A stretch of 62,502 nucleotides of DNA, the filler included, from Chiloscyllium plagiosum (taxonomy: Eukaryota), in NCBI RefSeq assembly GCF_004010195.1. It is 5 parts of one record of this genome, joined end to end, with 100 filler letters (N's around TTAATTAATTAA, not from the genome) between each part and the next. Parts side by side here need not be neighbours in the genome. Positions count along the whole stretch, not along the records: positions 28,592 to 48,339 come from NC_057711.1; positions 48,440 to 53,688 come from NC_057711.1; 3 more parts are not named here. The stretch is one strand, 5' to 3'. The notes below the pieces were generated by a model. It was not told the origin of the DNA. It saw nothing but the letters and a program-made list of their open reading frames with translations, and did not search any database. The position numbers and the translations under genes are program-made. Below, in pieces: positions 39,072 through 52,179 of this stretch (positions are counted from its first letter, which is position 1; each line of letters opens with the position of its first letter).

Positions 39072-39580
39072 GGTCACCTTATCTGAGGAAGGATGTTCTG
39101 GTGATAGAGGGAGTGTAACGAAGGTTCACCAGACTGATTCTTGGATAGCAGGAGCGGCGTATGAAGAGAGACTGGATCAGTTCGGACGATATTCACTGGA
39201 GTGCAGACAAATAAGGGGGATCTCATGGAAATCGATAGAATTCCAACAGGAGCAGGCAGGGTAAAAGCAGGAAAGATGTTCCCGATAATTGGGAAAACCC
39301 AGAACCAACAGGTCACAGCTGAAGGATATGGAGGACTGAGACAATGAGAAACGTCTTCACCCAGAAAGTGGTGACCCTGTGGAATTCACTACCACAGGTA
39401 GCAGTTGATGCTAAAACATTGAATGTTTTCAGCGGGGAGTTAGATATAATGCTTCGGATGAAAGGGATCAAAGAGTCTGGGGAGAAAGCAGGATGGTGTA
39501 ACTAAATCGGATGATGATCACACTGAGAGGTGGAACAAGCTGGAAGGGCTGAATGGCAGATTCCTACTTTCTGTGTGTTC
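39072..39580 (+). mobile_element. Degraded CR1 3' fragment
   Basis: YEERLDQFGRYSLECRQIRG and 3' UTR. Confidence 0.8.
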
Positions 39581-40611
39581 TGTCCAAGCACATGCTCTGT
39601 TTGCACTGTGAACTGTGATAACCCTACTTTAAATTGAGGGAAGGGGAGGGCAGGGAAAGGAAATGTGAAATAGGAAGTTGTTTGTACACTAGATTACGGA
39701 CACAGGAAAGAGAACATGAACCAGCCCAAGCAGGAAGCCACAGGAACAATGACAGCTGTGACACCCAGCAGGAGCTCACAGAGAGTTGCAATCTTCCGCA
39801 AGAAACCTCACATTGTCCCCAGCCACTCCATGTCACTCATCCCTCACTGAATTTAAACATCTGCCGACACACAGAGAGGCTAGTCGGCAAATTGTCCCTG
39901 TGTCGGTGCTCATTCATCCTGAGCTTAAACCGATTTTACTCCCTATCCATGTGCTGTGGTTCCCTGACAAACTGAGGTCACAGATCAAGGATATAAATCT
40001 AAAGCTTACGGCCTTTTGGCTGAGTGCGAGCTGTATCAGGTTTCATGGAGTGATTCCCTCTACGAGGCTGAACAGGTTTACTCACCAAATCTTACCAAAG
40101 CCATCGCATTGATTGCTGTTCCTACCCCATCTTACCACACAGCATTCCCAGAACAATTCACAGGACTTCCAAGAATTTCCCAGCGTCCGTGGTGCCAATG
40201 CCATCTTTTCAAGGCCGTTGCACACCCAGTCGGCGCCGTCAGTCGGGAGGTGCCATGTATGGTTCCAGAGATTTCACCAGACAAAGGCAACCTTGCTTTG
40301 CAGGTAGAGAGCTTCAGGTCCTGTTGGCCAGGGAACTACACAGGAGACCTTCCCCCAGGACCAGCAGTGGAAGTGACGAGACAGGCTATGCCACCTCTGA
40401 GCTGACCACAATCTCAGTTGCCTGGAGAAATCCAGTACCATAGGAAGAATGTCAATGTGTCCATTCCACCAGGCTATATTCCATCATGAGGCTGTTTAAT
40501 GAGAGCCCATGGTGTTGCAGGATGTATAGTAGCATGGAGAGAGGTTTGGCGAATTAATAGAAAACAGAGAGCGAGGAAAATGGGGGCATTTTCAGGGCGG
40601 CAACCAGTAAC

Positions 40612-43150
40612 TGCTGGACCTATCTCTCTGACATGATTGGGTACATCCCTTTGACGTTACTGGGTCTATCCCTCTGACATGACTGGGCCCATCTCTCTAA
40701 CATTACTGGGTCTATCTCTCTGCCATTACTGGGTCGATCTCTCTGACATGATTGGGTACATCCCTCTGACAATACTGTGTCTAACTCTCTGACATTACTG
40801 GGTCTATCTGTCTGATGTTACTGGGTCTATCTCTCTGACGTTACTGGGTCTATCTCTCTGACGATACTGGGTCTATCTCTCTGATGTTACTGGGTCTATC
40901 TCTCTGACATTACTGGGTGTATCTCTCTGATGTTACTGGGTCTATCTCTCTGATGTTACTGGGTCTATCCCTCTGACATTACTGGGTCTATCTCTCTGAC
41001 ATTACTGGGTCTATCTCTCTGACATTACTGGGTATATCTCTCTGATGTTACTGGGTCTATCTCTCTGACATTACTGGGTCTATCTCTCTGACATGACTGG
41101 GTCTATTCCTGTGACATTACTGGGCCTATCTCTCTGACATTACTGGGTCTATCCCTCTAATATTACTGGGTCTATCTCTCTGATGTTACTGGGTCAATCT
41201 CTCTGACATTACTGGGTCTATCTCTCTGACATGACTGGGTCTATTCCTGTGACATTACTGGGTCTATCTCTCTAACATTACTGGGCCTATCTCTCTGACA
41301 TTACTGGATCTATCCCTCTAACATTACTGGGTCTATCTCTCTGATGTTACTGGGTCTATCTCTCTGACATTACTGGGTCTATTCCTGTGACATTACTGGG
41401 TCTATCCCACTAACATTACTGGGTCTATCTCTCTGCCATTACTGGGTCTATTCCTGTGACATTACTGGATCTATCCCTCTAACATTACTGGGTCTATCTC
41501 TCTAACATTACTGGGTCTATCTCTCTGCCATTACTGGGTCTGCTCCTGTGACATTACTGGGTCTATCCCTTTGCCATTACTGGGTCTATCTCTCTGACGA
41601 TACTGGGTCTACTCCTGTGACATTACTGGGTCTATCCCTCTGACATTACTGGCTCTATGTCTCTGACATTACTGGGTCTATCTCTCTGACATTTCTGGGT
41701 CTATCTCTCTGACGATACTGGGTCTATCTCTCTGATGTTACTGGGTCTATCTCTCTGACATGACTGGGTCTATCCCTCTAACGTTACTGCGTCTATCTCT
41801 CTAACATTACTGGGCCTATCTCTCTGACATTACTGGGTCTATCTCTCTGACATTACTGGGTCTATCTCTCTGATGTTACTGGGTCTATCTCTCTGACGTT
41901 ACTGGGTCTACCCCTCTAACATTACTGGGTCTATCTCTCTGATGTTACTGGGTCTATCTCTCTGACGTTACTGTGCCTATCTCTCTGACATTACTGGGTC
42001 TATCCCTCTAAAATTACTGGGTCTATCTCTCTGATGTTACTGGGTCTATCTCTCTGACATGACTGGGTCTATCTCTCTAACATTACTGGGTCTATTCTTC
42101 TGCCATTACTGGGTCTTTCTCTCTGACATTACTGGGTCTATCTCTCTGACGATACTGGGTCTATCTCTCTGACATTACTGGGTCTATCTCTCTGACGATA
42201 CTGGGTCTATCTCTCTGCCATTACTGGGTCTACTCCTGTGACATTACTGGGTCTATCCGTCTGACATTACTGGCTCTATGTCTCTGACATTACTGGGTCT
42301 ATCTCTCTGACGATACTGGGTCTATCTCTCTGCCATTACTGGGTCTACTCCTGTGACATTACTGGGTCTATCCCTCTGACATTACTGGGTCTATCTCTCT
42401 GACGATATTGGGTCTATCTCTCTGCCATTACTGGGTCTACTCCTGTGACATTACTGGGTCTATCCCTCTGACGTTACTGCGTCTATCTCTCTGACATTAC
42501 TGGGTCTATCTCTCTGACGATACTGGGTCTATCTCTCTGACATTACTGGGTCTATTTCTCTGACGATACTGAGTCTATCTCTCTGACGTTACTGGGTCTA
42601 TCTCTCTGACATTACTGGGTCTATCTCTCTGACGTTACTGGGTCTATCTCTCTGACGTTACTGGGTCTATCACTCAGCCATTACTGGGTCTATCTCTCTG
42701 ATATTACTGTGTCTATCTCTCTGTCATGACTGGGTCTATTCCTGTGACATTACTGGGTCTATCTCTCTGCCATTACTGGGTCTATCTCTCTGACATTACT
42801 GAGTCTATTCGTGTGACTTTACTAGGTCTATCTGTCTGACATTACTGGGTCTATCTCTCTGACAGTACTGGGTCTATCTCTCTGACAGTACTGGGTCTAT
42901 CTCTCTGACATTACTGGGTCTATCCCTCTAACATTACTGGACCTATCTCTCTGCCATTACTGGGTCTATCTCTCAGAAATTACTGGGTCTATCTCTCTGA
43001 CAATATTGCGTCTACTCCTGTGACATTGCTGGGTCTATCCCTCTGACGTTACTGGGTCTATCTCTCCGACGTCACTGGGTCTATCTCTCTGACGTCACTG
43101 GGTCTATCTCTCTGACATGACTGGGTCTGTCCCTCTGGCATTACTAGGTC
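40612..43150. repeat. 23-bp minisatellite, consensus ATTACTGGGTCTATCTCTCTGAC, ~110 copies
   Basis: Direct reading; head-to-tail units, no spacers. Confidence 0.97.
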
Positions 43151-43294
43151 TTCAAGTTTGCATTCTCTTGTGGTGTCATCTGTCCTGTAAAGCCCATTAA
43201 TTTTCCTTTCTAAATAGACCACCCAGTTCTTCCACATTTTAAACGTAGCTCTGGTTTACTGATCTTCGTCCCTGTGGCACTGTCATTTACTTGG

Positions 43295-43765
43295 AGTAGT
43301 TAGCAGTGGGTGTAACACAAGGATCAGTGCTTGAGCCCCACCTATTCACGAGATATATTCAACACCTGCATTTAATTTCTAGTTTCCTGATGAAACAAAA
43401 CTCGGGTAAGACTGTGAGTTGTTCGGAGGATACAGAAGGCTATCAGGTGATTGGGACAAGTCGAGTGATTGAGCAAACACATGGTTGGTACAGGATGATG
43501 AGGCCTCAACATTTTACAATTCAGGTGAAGGGTCAGAAGGTCATATTGTTGGTGACATAAGAATTGGTGAGAAAGTTGGTTTTGAAGAGGACTTAAGGAG
43601 ATTACAAACATATATAGAAAGATTAAATCAATGGGTGCGCTTCTGTCATCTGGACAATATTGTGTGAAATGCAAAATGGTTGATTTTGACAGGAAGAATC
43701 AAAAAGATATTACATCTAAATTATCTAAACGGTGAGAAATTGCAGAATTCCTCAGTACAGAGATT
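43295..43765 (+). mobile_element. Degraded CR1 RT fragments; a similar piece lies at ~40490-40612
   Basis: GVTQGSVLEPHLFTRYI. Confidence 0.65.
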
Positions 43766-44720
43766 TGACTGTCCCCACCATCTATACGCATCCTTATTTC
43801 AAACTAACATCATCTAGAATTGGACTAGTCAGAACTAATGTTCCAGAAAGCTCTAACATATGAGCCAGGGAATCATGAAATTGCTTTTCAATTCCCTCAC
43901 TTGAGATAACAGCATGCACAAATTGTTAGTGTTATTTTTAAATGATTTTTTGCATTGATTCACTGGATGTGGATATTGCCAATTAGGTCAATATTTATCA
44001 TAAGTCCCCTCAGCAGTTAAGAGTCAACCACATTACTGTGAGTCTGGAGTCACATGTAGTTCAGACCGGGTAAGGACAGCAGATTTCCTTCCCTATAAAA
44101 CATGAGTGAACCAGGCTGGGTTTTGATAACACTTGTTACATGTTTGCCATTAGTTATTGTACCATAAATTTTATTGAAATCAATTTTCATCTGTCATGGT
44201 GAGATTCAGACGTGAGTATTTCTCTGTGCCTGCTACAGTCACTGGACCTTGAGGGGAAGTGGCTAAGAGCCTCTGTTGTTTTTTTCACAATGATTAGACA
44301 GAATCCTGTTGCTACATGTGCTGCTCTTGTCCACGTGAATTCACGGAGCTGCTGAAATGTTGCAAAGGCTGGTGGCTTTATCGTGGTTTTGTGTGTGCAA
44401 TGCGACCCAGAACAACACTTTGATGAGCCTTCTGACAAGTGGGGCGGTGAGGTATCGTGGTGGGAGTCTGTGTATGTGAGTCAGATTGCGGTCTGGAACT
44501 CAATGCATATCCGAGCAAAATGTAACAAGGGCCACAACTCTGGGAACCACAACAATAGCTCTCTTCCACCTGTTCATCCTCTCACAGATACAGTGGAGTT
44601 AGAGGAAAGCGGTGCTTTCAGGGAGATTGTTAGATGGTAGACCTGACATTTTACACAGTGTGCAATAGAGGAAACCCAGGCTCATGCTGAGGGAACACTG
44701 CACCGTCAGACACAGTGCAC

Positions 44721-45033
44721 AGTGGGCGGCATGGTGGCTCAGTGGTTAGCACTGCTGTCTCACAGCGCCAGGGTCCCTGGTTTGATTCCAGCCTCAGGTG
44801 ACTGTCTGTGTGGACATTCTCTCCGTGTCTATGTGAGTTTCCTCCGGGTGCTCCGGTTTCCTCCCACAGTCCAAAGATGTGCAGGTCAGGTGGATTGGCC
44901 ATGCTAAATTGCCCATCGTGTTAGGTGCATTAGTCAGAGGGAAATGGGTCTGGGTGGGTTACTCTTCGGAGGGTCGGTGTGGACTTGTTGGGCCGAAGGG
45001 CCTGTTTCTACACTGTAAGGAATCTAATCTAAT
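44721..45033 (+). mobile_element. HE1-type V-SINE
   Basis: Head, V-domain, (taatc)n tail. Confidence 0.9.
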
Positions 45034-45344
45034 CCGACACACAGAATTTTAAAATGAGACCTTGCCTGCACCCTCAGGTGACGAAGCAGTGATAAGCTCA
45101 TGGCACTAGTAATCCAATCAGCCCAGGCTAATCCTTTGGCGATGTGGGTTCAAACCCAACCACGCATCTGGTGGAATTTCAATGCAATTAATAAAATCTG
45201 GAATTTAAAACTCGTTTGATAAATACCAGCCACGAAAATGCCTGCTGATTGTTGTAAAAACCCATCTGCTTCACTAAGGTCCTTCATCGCATTCTGACTC
45301 AGTCTAATGTACATGTGACTCCAGACCCACAGCAGACTGAACTG

Positions 45345-46110
45345 GAGTTTGAGACTAACCACACAAACTCACGTTGACTGGGGCAAGGTTTACACTATAC
45401 AAGGGGCTGCAAAACCAGGTCAGGGTAGAATCACTGACCACAATGCATCCCCTCCCCCGATGAGCTCGATGCATTCTCCGCTCGTTTTGAGCAGAAGGGT
45501 CAGGGAAATGATGTCACCTGCTCTGACAGCATGGGCTGTCCCTGTACCCACGGTCACCGCCGCAGACAACAGAACATCGCCTGAGAGTGAACCCCCTGAA
45601 AGGGAGTGGCCTGGATGGAGTTCCCGACCGTGCACTGGGATCCTGCGCAGACCTGTACCTGTATTGCTGTCGTTTTTAACCTCTCCTCACTCCGATGTGA
45701 GGTTCCTACCTGCTTCAAGAAGACTACTATCATCCCGGTGCCAATGAAAAATCAGACAACGTGCCATGACTACATCCAGTGGCTCTGACGTCCGTCTTTA
45801 TGAAGTACTTCGAGGGGTTAATCGTGGCACACATCAACTCCAGTCTCCCAGATTACCTTGCTCCACTACAATGTGCCTACCATCACAACAGGTCGCATTC
45901 TCCCTGGCCCTACACTCATTCCTGGAACATCGGAATAACAAGACTCTTATTTATTTACTTTAATTCTACATTCATCATCATCATTCCAACCACACTCTGA
46001 GACCTGGGATTCTGCTCCCCCTCAGTAACTGGATCCTTGACTTGCTGAGCCACAGACTGCAATCTGTAAGGCCAGGTGACAACACCTTCTCCATGATAAT
46101 CCTCCACACC
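45345..46110 (+). mobile_element. Rex1/Babar-type LINE RT fragment, frameshifted
   Basis: PDELDAFSARFE; FNLSSLRCEVPTCFKKTTIIPVP; VALTSVFMKYFE; SNWILDLL..RLQSV. Confidence 0.8.
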
Positions 46111-46259
46111 GTCTCTGGTGGCTTTGTGAAGGCTGTACCTAGATTTCCTGTGTAGGTCAGGGTCACTCGTTAGAACACCTCAGAGCTGGCCTTCAGTAGG
46201 GAGTGGGTTCTCCCCATTTATCCACAGTTTCCGGTTGGGGAATACTCGGCTTAACTTTT

Positions 46260-46580
46260 TAGATTAGATTAGATTCCCTACAGTGTGGAAACGTGCCCTT
46301 CGACCCAACAAGTCCACACCGACCCTCCGAAGAGTAACCCATCCAGACCCATTTCCCTCTGACTAATGCACGTAACACTATGGGGCAATTTAACATGACC
46401 AATTCACCTAACCTGCACATCTTTGGACTGTGGGAGGAAACCGGAGCACCCGGAGGAAACCCACGCAGACACGGGGAGAACGTGCAAACTCCACACAGTC
46501 AGTCGCCTGAGGCTGGGATCGAACCTGAGACCCTGGTGCTGTGAGGCAGCAGTGCTAACCACTGAGCCACCGTGCCGCCC
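46260..46580 (-). mobile_element. HE1-type V-SINE, little diverged
   Basis: Full-length reverse complement with (gatta)n end. Confidence 0.92.
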
Positions 46581-47409
46581 TAACTTCTTTGGCAAGCAGT
46601 CCTTTATACATTTACTGATGAATTCTGGGATGGGAGTAGCATCCCCATTTGGACTGGCCGCTGAGTTCTTGAATGTGGACCATCCACTGACTCCGAGCAG
46701 TCACATATTACCTCAAACCAGTGACTGTACGCCTTTCTGTACTGGATCCTCACGTTTCAGTTTCTGCTATAAGGCTGGAAGAAGGGGTACAGCCTTCTGG
46801 TCTAATTTACCAAAATGCGGGCAGGGAATGGAGCAGCAAGCATCTCTGGCAATGGCCCAGGATGTTGGAGCCTCTGGTGGGACAGGAGACGTGTCGGTGC
46901 TATCCTGGAGCACACTGCTGAGGTTGGCTGGTTTGACATCACTGGTTATGATCAACAAGGCCTCGGGGTTATTTGTGACGGTGTATATTTCTTCACCTCC
47001 ACACGGGGGTGGGATGTAAACTGCTGTCAGGATGGCGGAGATACTTCACCATTAGATATTCCAGGTCTAGGGACAGTAACACGCCAGTGTCACCACGTCT
47101 GAGCACCAGGGAGTGTTGAACAGGAGGCAGACCACACCTCCCTTTGCCTTGCCCAAGGACACTGAGTGGTCCATCGGTGAACTGAGAAACCCTCAGGGTG
47201 TAAGGCACAGTCAGGTGATGCAGGAGTGAGCCATGTCTCTGAGAAACACAGTACATAGCAGCCTCTCAGTTCCCTTAAATCCCTTCAATTCCTTGACAGT
47301 GAAGATTCAGTGATTCCATTGAATGTCAAGGGGTGATGGTTTGATTCTGTCATGTTGGAGATGGTCATTACCTGGGCATTTGTGTTGCAAATGTTACTGC
47401 AATATATAA

Positions 47410-47820
47410 AGTAGGAGCAGCAGGCCATTCAGCCCATCAAGCCTGCTCTGCTATTCAATACGATCATGGCTGATCATCCAACTCCATCTCCTGTTCCCTT
47501 TTTTCTCCCTTTCACCTTTGATCTCTTCAGCCCTAACTATATATCGAACTCCTTCTTGAAAATATTCCATGTTTTGGCTTGAACGACATTTGTGGCTGAG
47601 AATTCCACAGGCTCCCCACTGGGAGAAGAACTTGCTCCACATCTCAGTCCGAAAAGGCCTACCCTGTATCCTCAGACTGTGAGCCCTGGTTCTGGACTCC
47701 CCCCCCCCCCCATTGGGAATATCCTTCCTGCAGGAACCCTGTCTACTCCTCTTCGAATTATATTGGGTTCTATGAAATCTCCCGCTCATTATTCTGAAGT
47801 CCAGTCTCTCTTCACCTATC
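47410..47820 (-). mobile_element. CR1 3' fragment
   Basis: GESRTRAHSLRIQGRPFRTEM..KFFSQ and 3' UTR. Confidence 0.8.
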
Positions 47821-48250
47821 AGCCAAAACCTGGATATGGCCCAGATCTTGATGTCACACTCGGTCAAATGTAGTCTTGTTGTCAAGGGCAGTTACTCTAA
47901 CTTCTCCTTTTAAGTTCCCCTTTGTGTCCATGTTTGAACCAAGGCTGTAATGAGGTCAGGAGCTGAGTGGCCCTGGTTGAACCCAAACTGGGCGTCACTG
48001 AGCAGGTTATTGCTGAGCAGGTGCTGCTTGATAGCACTGTTGATTGATAATAACGGTGAAACAAAAGCAACAAATTAATCTTAACATTGGACGGAGGCCA
48101 CAGTGGATTGGAATCATTGAGCATGTTTTTGTTAAAAAGTGTTATGGAAATGTAGAATACTCCAGCCCAAGTAGCTGTAGGTGCTGGTGGATAACTGAAG
48201 CTTTCAGGATCAGTCTGGTTCAATGGCCTGAATGTGTACTGTTATGACTC

Positions 48251-48339
48251 GAGGAGAAAGTGAGGTCTGCAGATGCTGGAGATCAGAGCTGAAAATGTGT
48301 TGCTGGAAAAGCGCAGCAGGTCAGGCAGCATCCAGGGAA
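48251..48339 (-). mobile_element. Penelope pLTR 3' end and tail, cut by the segment end
   Basis: gaggagaaagtgaggtctgcagatgctggagatcagagctgaaaatgtgttgctgg. Confidence 0.85.
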
Positions 48340-48439
48340 NNNNNNNNNNNNNNNNNNNNNNNNNNNNNNNNNNNNNNNNNNNNTTAATTAATTAANNNNN
48401 NNNNNNNNNNNNNNNNNNNNNNNNNNNNNNNNNNNNNNN
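48340..48439. other. Artificial contig-joining linker
   Basis: Identical N44-TTAATTAATTAA-N44. Confidence 0.95.
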
Positions 48440-48716
48440 TTCAGAACAGAAATGCGGAGACATTTCTTCAGCCAGAGAGTGGTGGGCCTGTGGAATTCAT
48501 TGCCGCAGAGTGCAGTGGAGGCTGGGACACTAAATGTCTTCAAGGCAGAGATTGATAAATTCTTGATTTCACAAGGAATTAAGGGCTATGGGGAGAATGC
48601 GGGTAAGTGGAGTTGAAATGCCCATCAGCCATGATTGAATGGCGGAGTGGACTCGATGGACCGAATGGCCTTACTTCCGCTCCTATGTCTTATGGTCTTA
48701 TGGTCTTATGGTCTTA
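48440..48716 (+). mobile_element. CR1 3' end
   Basis: FRTEMRRHFFSQRVVGLWNSLP, (tcttatgg)n tail. Confidence 0.88.
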
Positions 48717-49386
48717 TATCTTCATCGTAGCTTTCATTGTCCTGAATTTCCCTCTCAATCCATCCCTCTCAATCCATCCCTACCCACAGCCTCCAAACTT
48801 CAGCTCTGTGCATCCCACCTCTACCTCCCCCATCAACACACCCCACAATCTTTCTGTCCTTAGCCACGCTCAAAATATTAGATACAAACAAATAAACCTT
48901 TCGGGATTTCTGATGGAACCTGAAACATTAACTCTCTGTTTCTCTCCACAGCTTCTTCCTGACCTATTAAGATTTACCTGCTACTTTTGCACTTATCTCT
49001 CGCATCCACAGTAATTTTCTTTTGAGCTAAGGTAGACCACTTTCAATTGCGTCCTCCAAATCATTTACAAATAATGTCACTCATTTAAAGCCTCAGCATA
49101 AATCCTTGTGTGGAACCAGGAGGTTTCCTTCCAAGTCAGGAAGCGATAGATTTTGGTGAGAAGAAAGAGGAGAGTTGATAGTTTTTGTTTAAAAAAAGTA
49201 CATTTCTCGAGAGGGTGTAAGAACAGAAACCAGTAGATAAAAACGCACAAATTGTTGAGGGTTGAAGGACAGATCGAGAAAGCAGTTAATAAGGCCAAGT
49301 GGCCTACACTTTCTATGTTTCTATCTATGTCAGAAGCCACATGGCACCAGGTTATAGTCCAACAGGTATATCTGAAGTGATATGTA

Positions 49387-49686
49387 CAGACGACCTCGAT
49401 TATCTGAACATCGATTGTCCAAATTTTGATTATCCAAACAAGACCGCAAGATGCTTGGCTAAACTGTCATAATTTGGAGATACCGGTGTTGGACTGGGGT
49501 GTACTAAGTTAAAAATCACACAACACCAGGTTATAGTCCAACAGGTTTATTTGGAAACACTAGCTTTCGGAGCGACGCTCCTTCATCCAGTGGCTAAACT
49601 GTGTTATCCGGCATTCGACTATCCGAACATTCGATTATCCAAACAAAATACCCGCCCATGTCATTCAGATGATCAAAGTTCCTCTG
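49387..49686. mobile_element. Tc1/mariner (Tigger/pogo-like) MITE
   Basis: TA on both sides; imperfect terminal inverted repeats CAGACGACCTCGATTATCTGAAC and (reverse complement) CAGAGGAACTTTGATCATCTGAAT; internal repeats of tcgattatccgaaca. Confidence 0.75.
49468..49590 (-). mobile_element. Second Penelope-type family terminal repeat with hammerhead-like motif
   Basis: TSD TGGCTAAACTGT at 49456-49467 and 49591-49602; reverse complement CTGgATGA-a-GGAGC-gtc-GCTCC-GAAAGCTAGT...aataaacctgttggactataacctggtg. Confidence 0.75.
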
Positions 49687-49830
49687 TATATGAATAGGAA
49701 GGGTTTAGAGGGACACGGACGAAGTGCTGGCAAATGGGATGAAATTAATTTAGGATATCTGGTTGGCATGGGCATTTTGGACCGAAGGGTCTGTTTCTGT
49801 GCTGTACATCTCTATGACCCTATCTATGAC
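49687..49830 (+). mobile_element. CR1 3' UTR fragment
   Basis: tatgaataggaagggtttagaggg...tgctgtacatctctatgac. Confidence 0.85.
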
Positions 49831-50182
49831 TAAGCTTTCAGACCAGTGAACCTCAGAACATTAGCTGGATCTCCGGATGAACAGCTAATTCCACTTGGCC
49901 CTCACAGCTCTGCTGTTTCAACCTGTTCAGGCATGATATAACATCCAGAGCAGGTGGGACTTGAACCTGGACCTCTTGTCCCAGAGATACGGACACTACC
50001 ACTGCACTACAATAGTCTAAAGGAACAGCGTCACCTTTCTAAGTTGGAATGGTGTTTGGTTAGGAAGTGAACCCAGAGTCAGGAAGCACAGGAAGGCTGA
50101 CAAAGAAATCCCAATCTCCCTGACCTGAAAAGCTGTTGAGGCCAGGGGGAGTGGGGGTGTCAATTAAAAAGTATCAGAAATG

Positions 50183-50490
50183 TAATTAGATTACTTATAG
50201 TGTGGAATCAGGCCCTTTGGCCCAACAAGTCCACACTGACCCATCAAAGCACCACCCACCCAGACCCATTCCCCTACATTTACCCCTTCACCTAACACTA
50301 CGGGCAATTTAGCGTGGCCAATTCACCTAACCTGCACATTTTTGGATTGTGGGAGGAAACCGAAGTACCTGGAGGAAACCCACGCAGAATGTGCAAACTC
50401 CACACAGACAGTCGCCCGAGGTGGGAATTGAATCCAGGTCTCTGGCGCTGTGAGGCAGCAGTGCTAACCACTGTGCCACCGTGCCGCCCA
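50183..50490 (-). mobile_element. HE1-type V-SINE
   Basis: Reverse-complement HE1. Confidence 0.9.
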
Positions 50491-51877
50491 TGTGATGGCT
50501 AGATTTATTGTGAATATGACAATGAAAGGTTATGGAATTAAGGTGGATCAAAAGGGTTAAGATACTGGTCAGCCTTGACCTGATAGAGTGGTGAAGCAGA
50601 TTAGAGGGGCTGAATGGCCTCCTCTATCCATTACATGCCTAAAGAACTATGCCGGGTCATACCAAGAGGTGTGGATCACATACAAAGTCTACAAAGTGTT
50701 TTATCAATTGGTACAATTGGATCTCTTCACTGTAACCTCTTCATCAGCGTGCGGTTTGAGTAAGGGAGCTAGTTCCATTAACATCCTTGTTTCTTGCAGT
50801 TAGATCTTTTGGAGTGCGGCTGAATTGTTGTCACATGTTGTTATTAATCCTGGACAGCTTGGAGCTCAGAGGATGAAGCAATGGTTCTGGCAGCAGTCCA
50901 CTTCCTCAAATAAGCACAGCTATCCCTCAGGCTATTTCAGTCCAACATTAATCCACACAACATGTTCACATAAAGCTACAACGCAGACTTCAAGCTAAAC
51001 TTATCATCACAGGCCCGAGGTAATAAATTAATTAGAGCCATCCCAGATCAGTCTGTAATGGACTAGCTGAACGTTTAGTCTACTCGCTGTTTATTTTCCA
51101 TGAGTTGAACGAGGAACAGTCTGCAGCCTGCATTCCCACCAATAGGAATTCAGCTCAGCAATCCCGACTCCAAAATTTCCCACAAACAGCAGGAGGCCAT
51201 TCATCCCTACCAGCCTGTACTATCATGCAATTAAATCATGGTCTGCTACAATGACAGCACTGACCTTATAAACATCGAACACATTGAGAGCTAAATATCA
51301 AAATTACACCCAGATCCCAAACCACCCAGAAACTGTGCTTGGTACAATCCATTTGGGTTCCTAAAATTGTTTCCCACTGTTAATCAGGCTACAGGTGTCA
51401 CACCTTAAACTGTAAAAAGCAGTAAAATTGAAAAATGGGTTATTTTCTACCAACTCTGCTGTTCATTTTCCTCAACAAACAGTAATTAAACTCTGATTGA
51501 ACCTGATCCACAAGCAATGTATGACACTCTTTGATTAAAGACAAGGTCAGATTCTGAAACTGGTAACACATTGACGCTCAATTCCAATGTCAGAGAAGGT
51601 CAATGAATGGTTATACAGACATGAGAGAGATAGAGAGCAATGGTGTGACAGAAAGACAAGTGAACACGATATTGGGCTAGAGAGAGAAATAGAAAACAGA
51701 GAGGGAGAAACGTATCAGAGAGAGAGAAAAAAACAAAGGAGAGAGAGAGAGAGACAGGAGGATAAAGAGAGGGATACACATGTGTGCCCAGTGAAGGTGA
51801 GTCCTATTCATAATTTCAGACATGTGGAGTGAGGGGTGAGGTCAATTAAAAGGTACTGGAGATGAAAGTTGCCAAGT

Positions 51878-52032
51878 AGACTCGCCAACTTTCAGGGCAT
51901 TTAAATGGTCATTGGATAGACATATGGATGAAAATGGAATAGTGTAGGGCAGATGGGCTTCAGATTGGTTCCACAGGTCGGCGCAACATCGAGGGCCGAA
52001 GGGCTTGTACTGCGCTGTAATGTTCTATGTTC
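51878..52032 (+). mobile_element. CR1 3' end
   Basis: ggcatttaaatggtcattggatagacatatgg...ggccgaagggc...(gttctat)n. Confidence 0.85.
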
Positions 52033-52141
52033 GATGAGATGGATAGATGTTTTGTGAGTAACAAAATGAAGGGTTATAGAACCGAGATTCTGATCAACCA
52101 TGACCTGGCAGAATGGTGGAATAGGTTAGAAGGTTGAATAG

Positions 52142-52179
52142 GTAAAAACAATGACTGCAGATGCTGGAAACCAGATTTC
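52142..52179 (-). mobile_element. 38-bp Penelope tail-only insertion
   Basis: Reverse complement of the tail at 153-187; TSD TAGAAGGTTGAATAG at 52127-52141 and 52180-52194. Confidence 0.85.

Noticed and set aside
39634..40443. Overlapping 65-130-aa ORFs in a GC-richer stretch
   Set aside because: No recognisable domain, no convincing splice-site pair, and several frames equally open.
40612..43150. CRISPR-like array
   Set aside because: Head-to-tail 23-bp units with no unique spacers, no cas genes, and a vertebrate context; it is a minisatellite.
44588..44636. Possible plus-strand exon after a pyrimidine tract (DTVELEESGAFREIVR)
   Set aside because: Weak donor (GTAGAC) and unrecognised peptide.
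46423..47019. 198-aa ORF and other MAQWLALL/MDCGRKPEHPEE-type ORFs
   Set aside because: Recurrent chance translations of HE1 SINE sequence.
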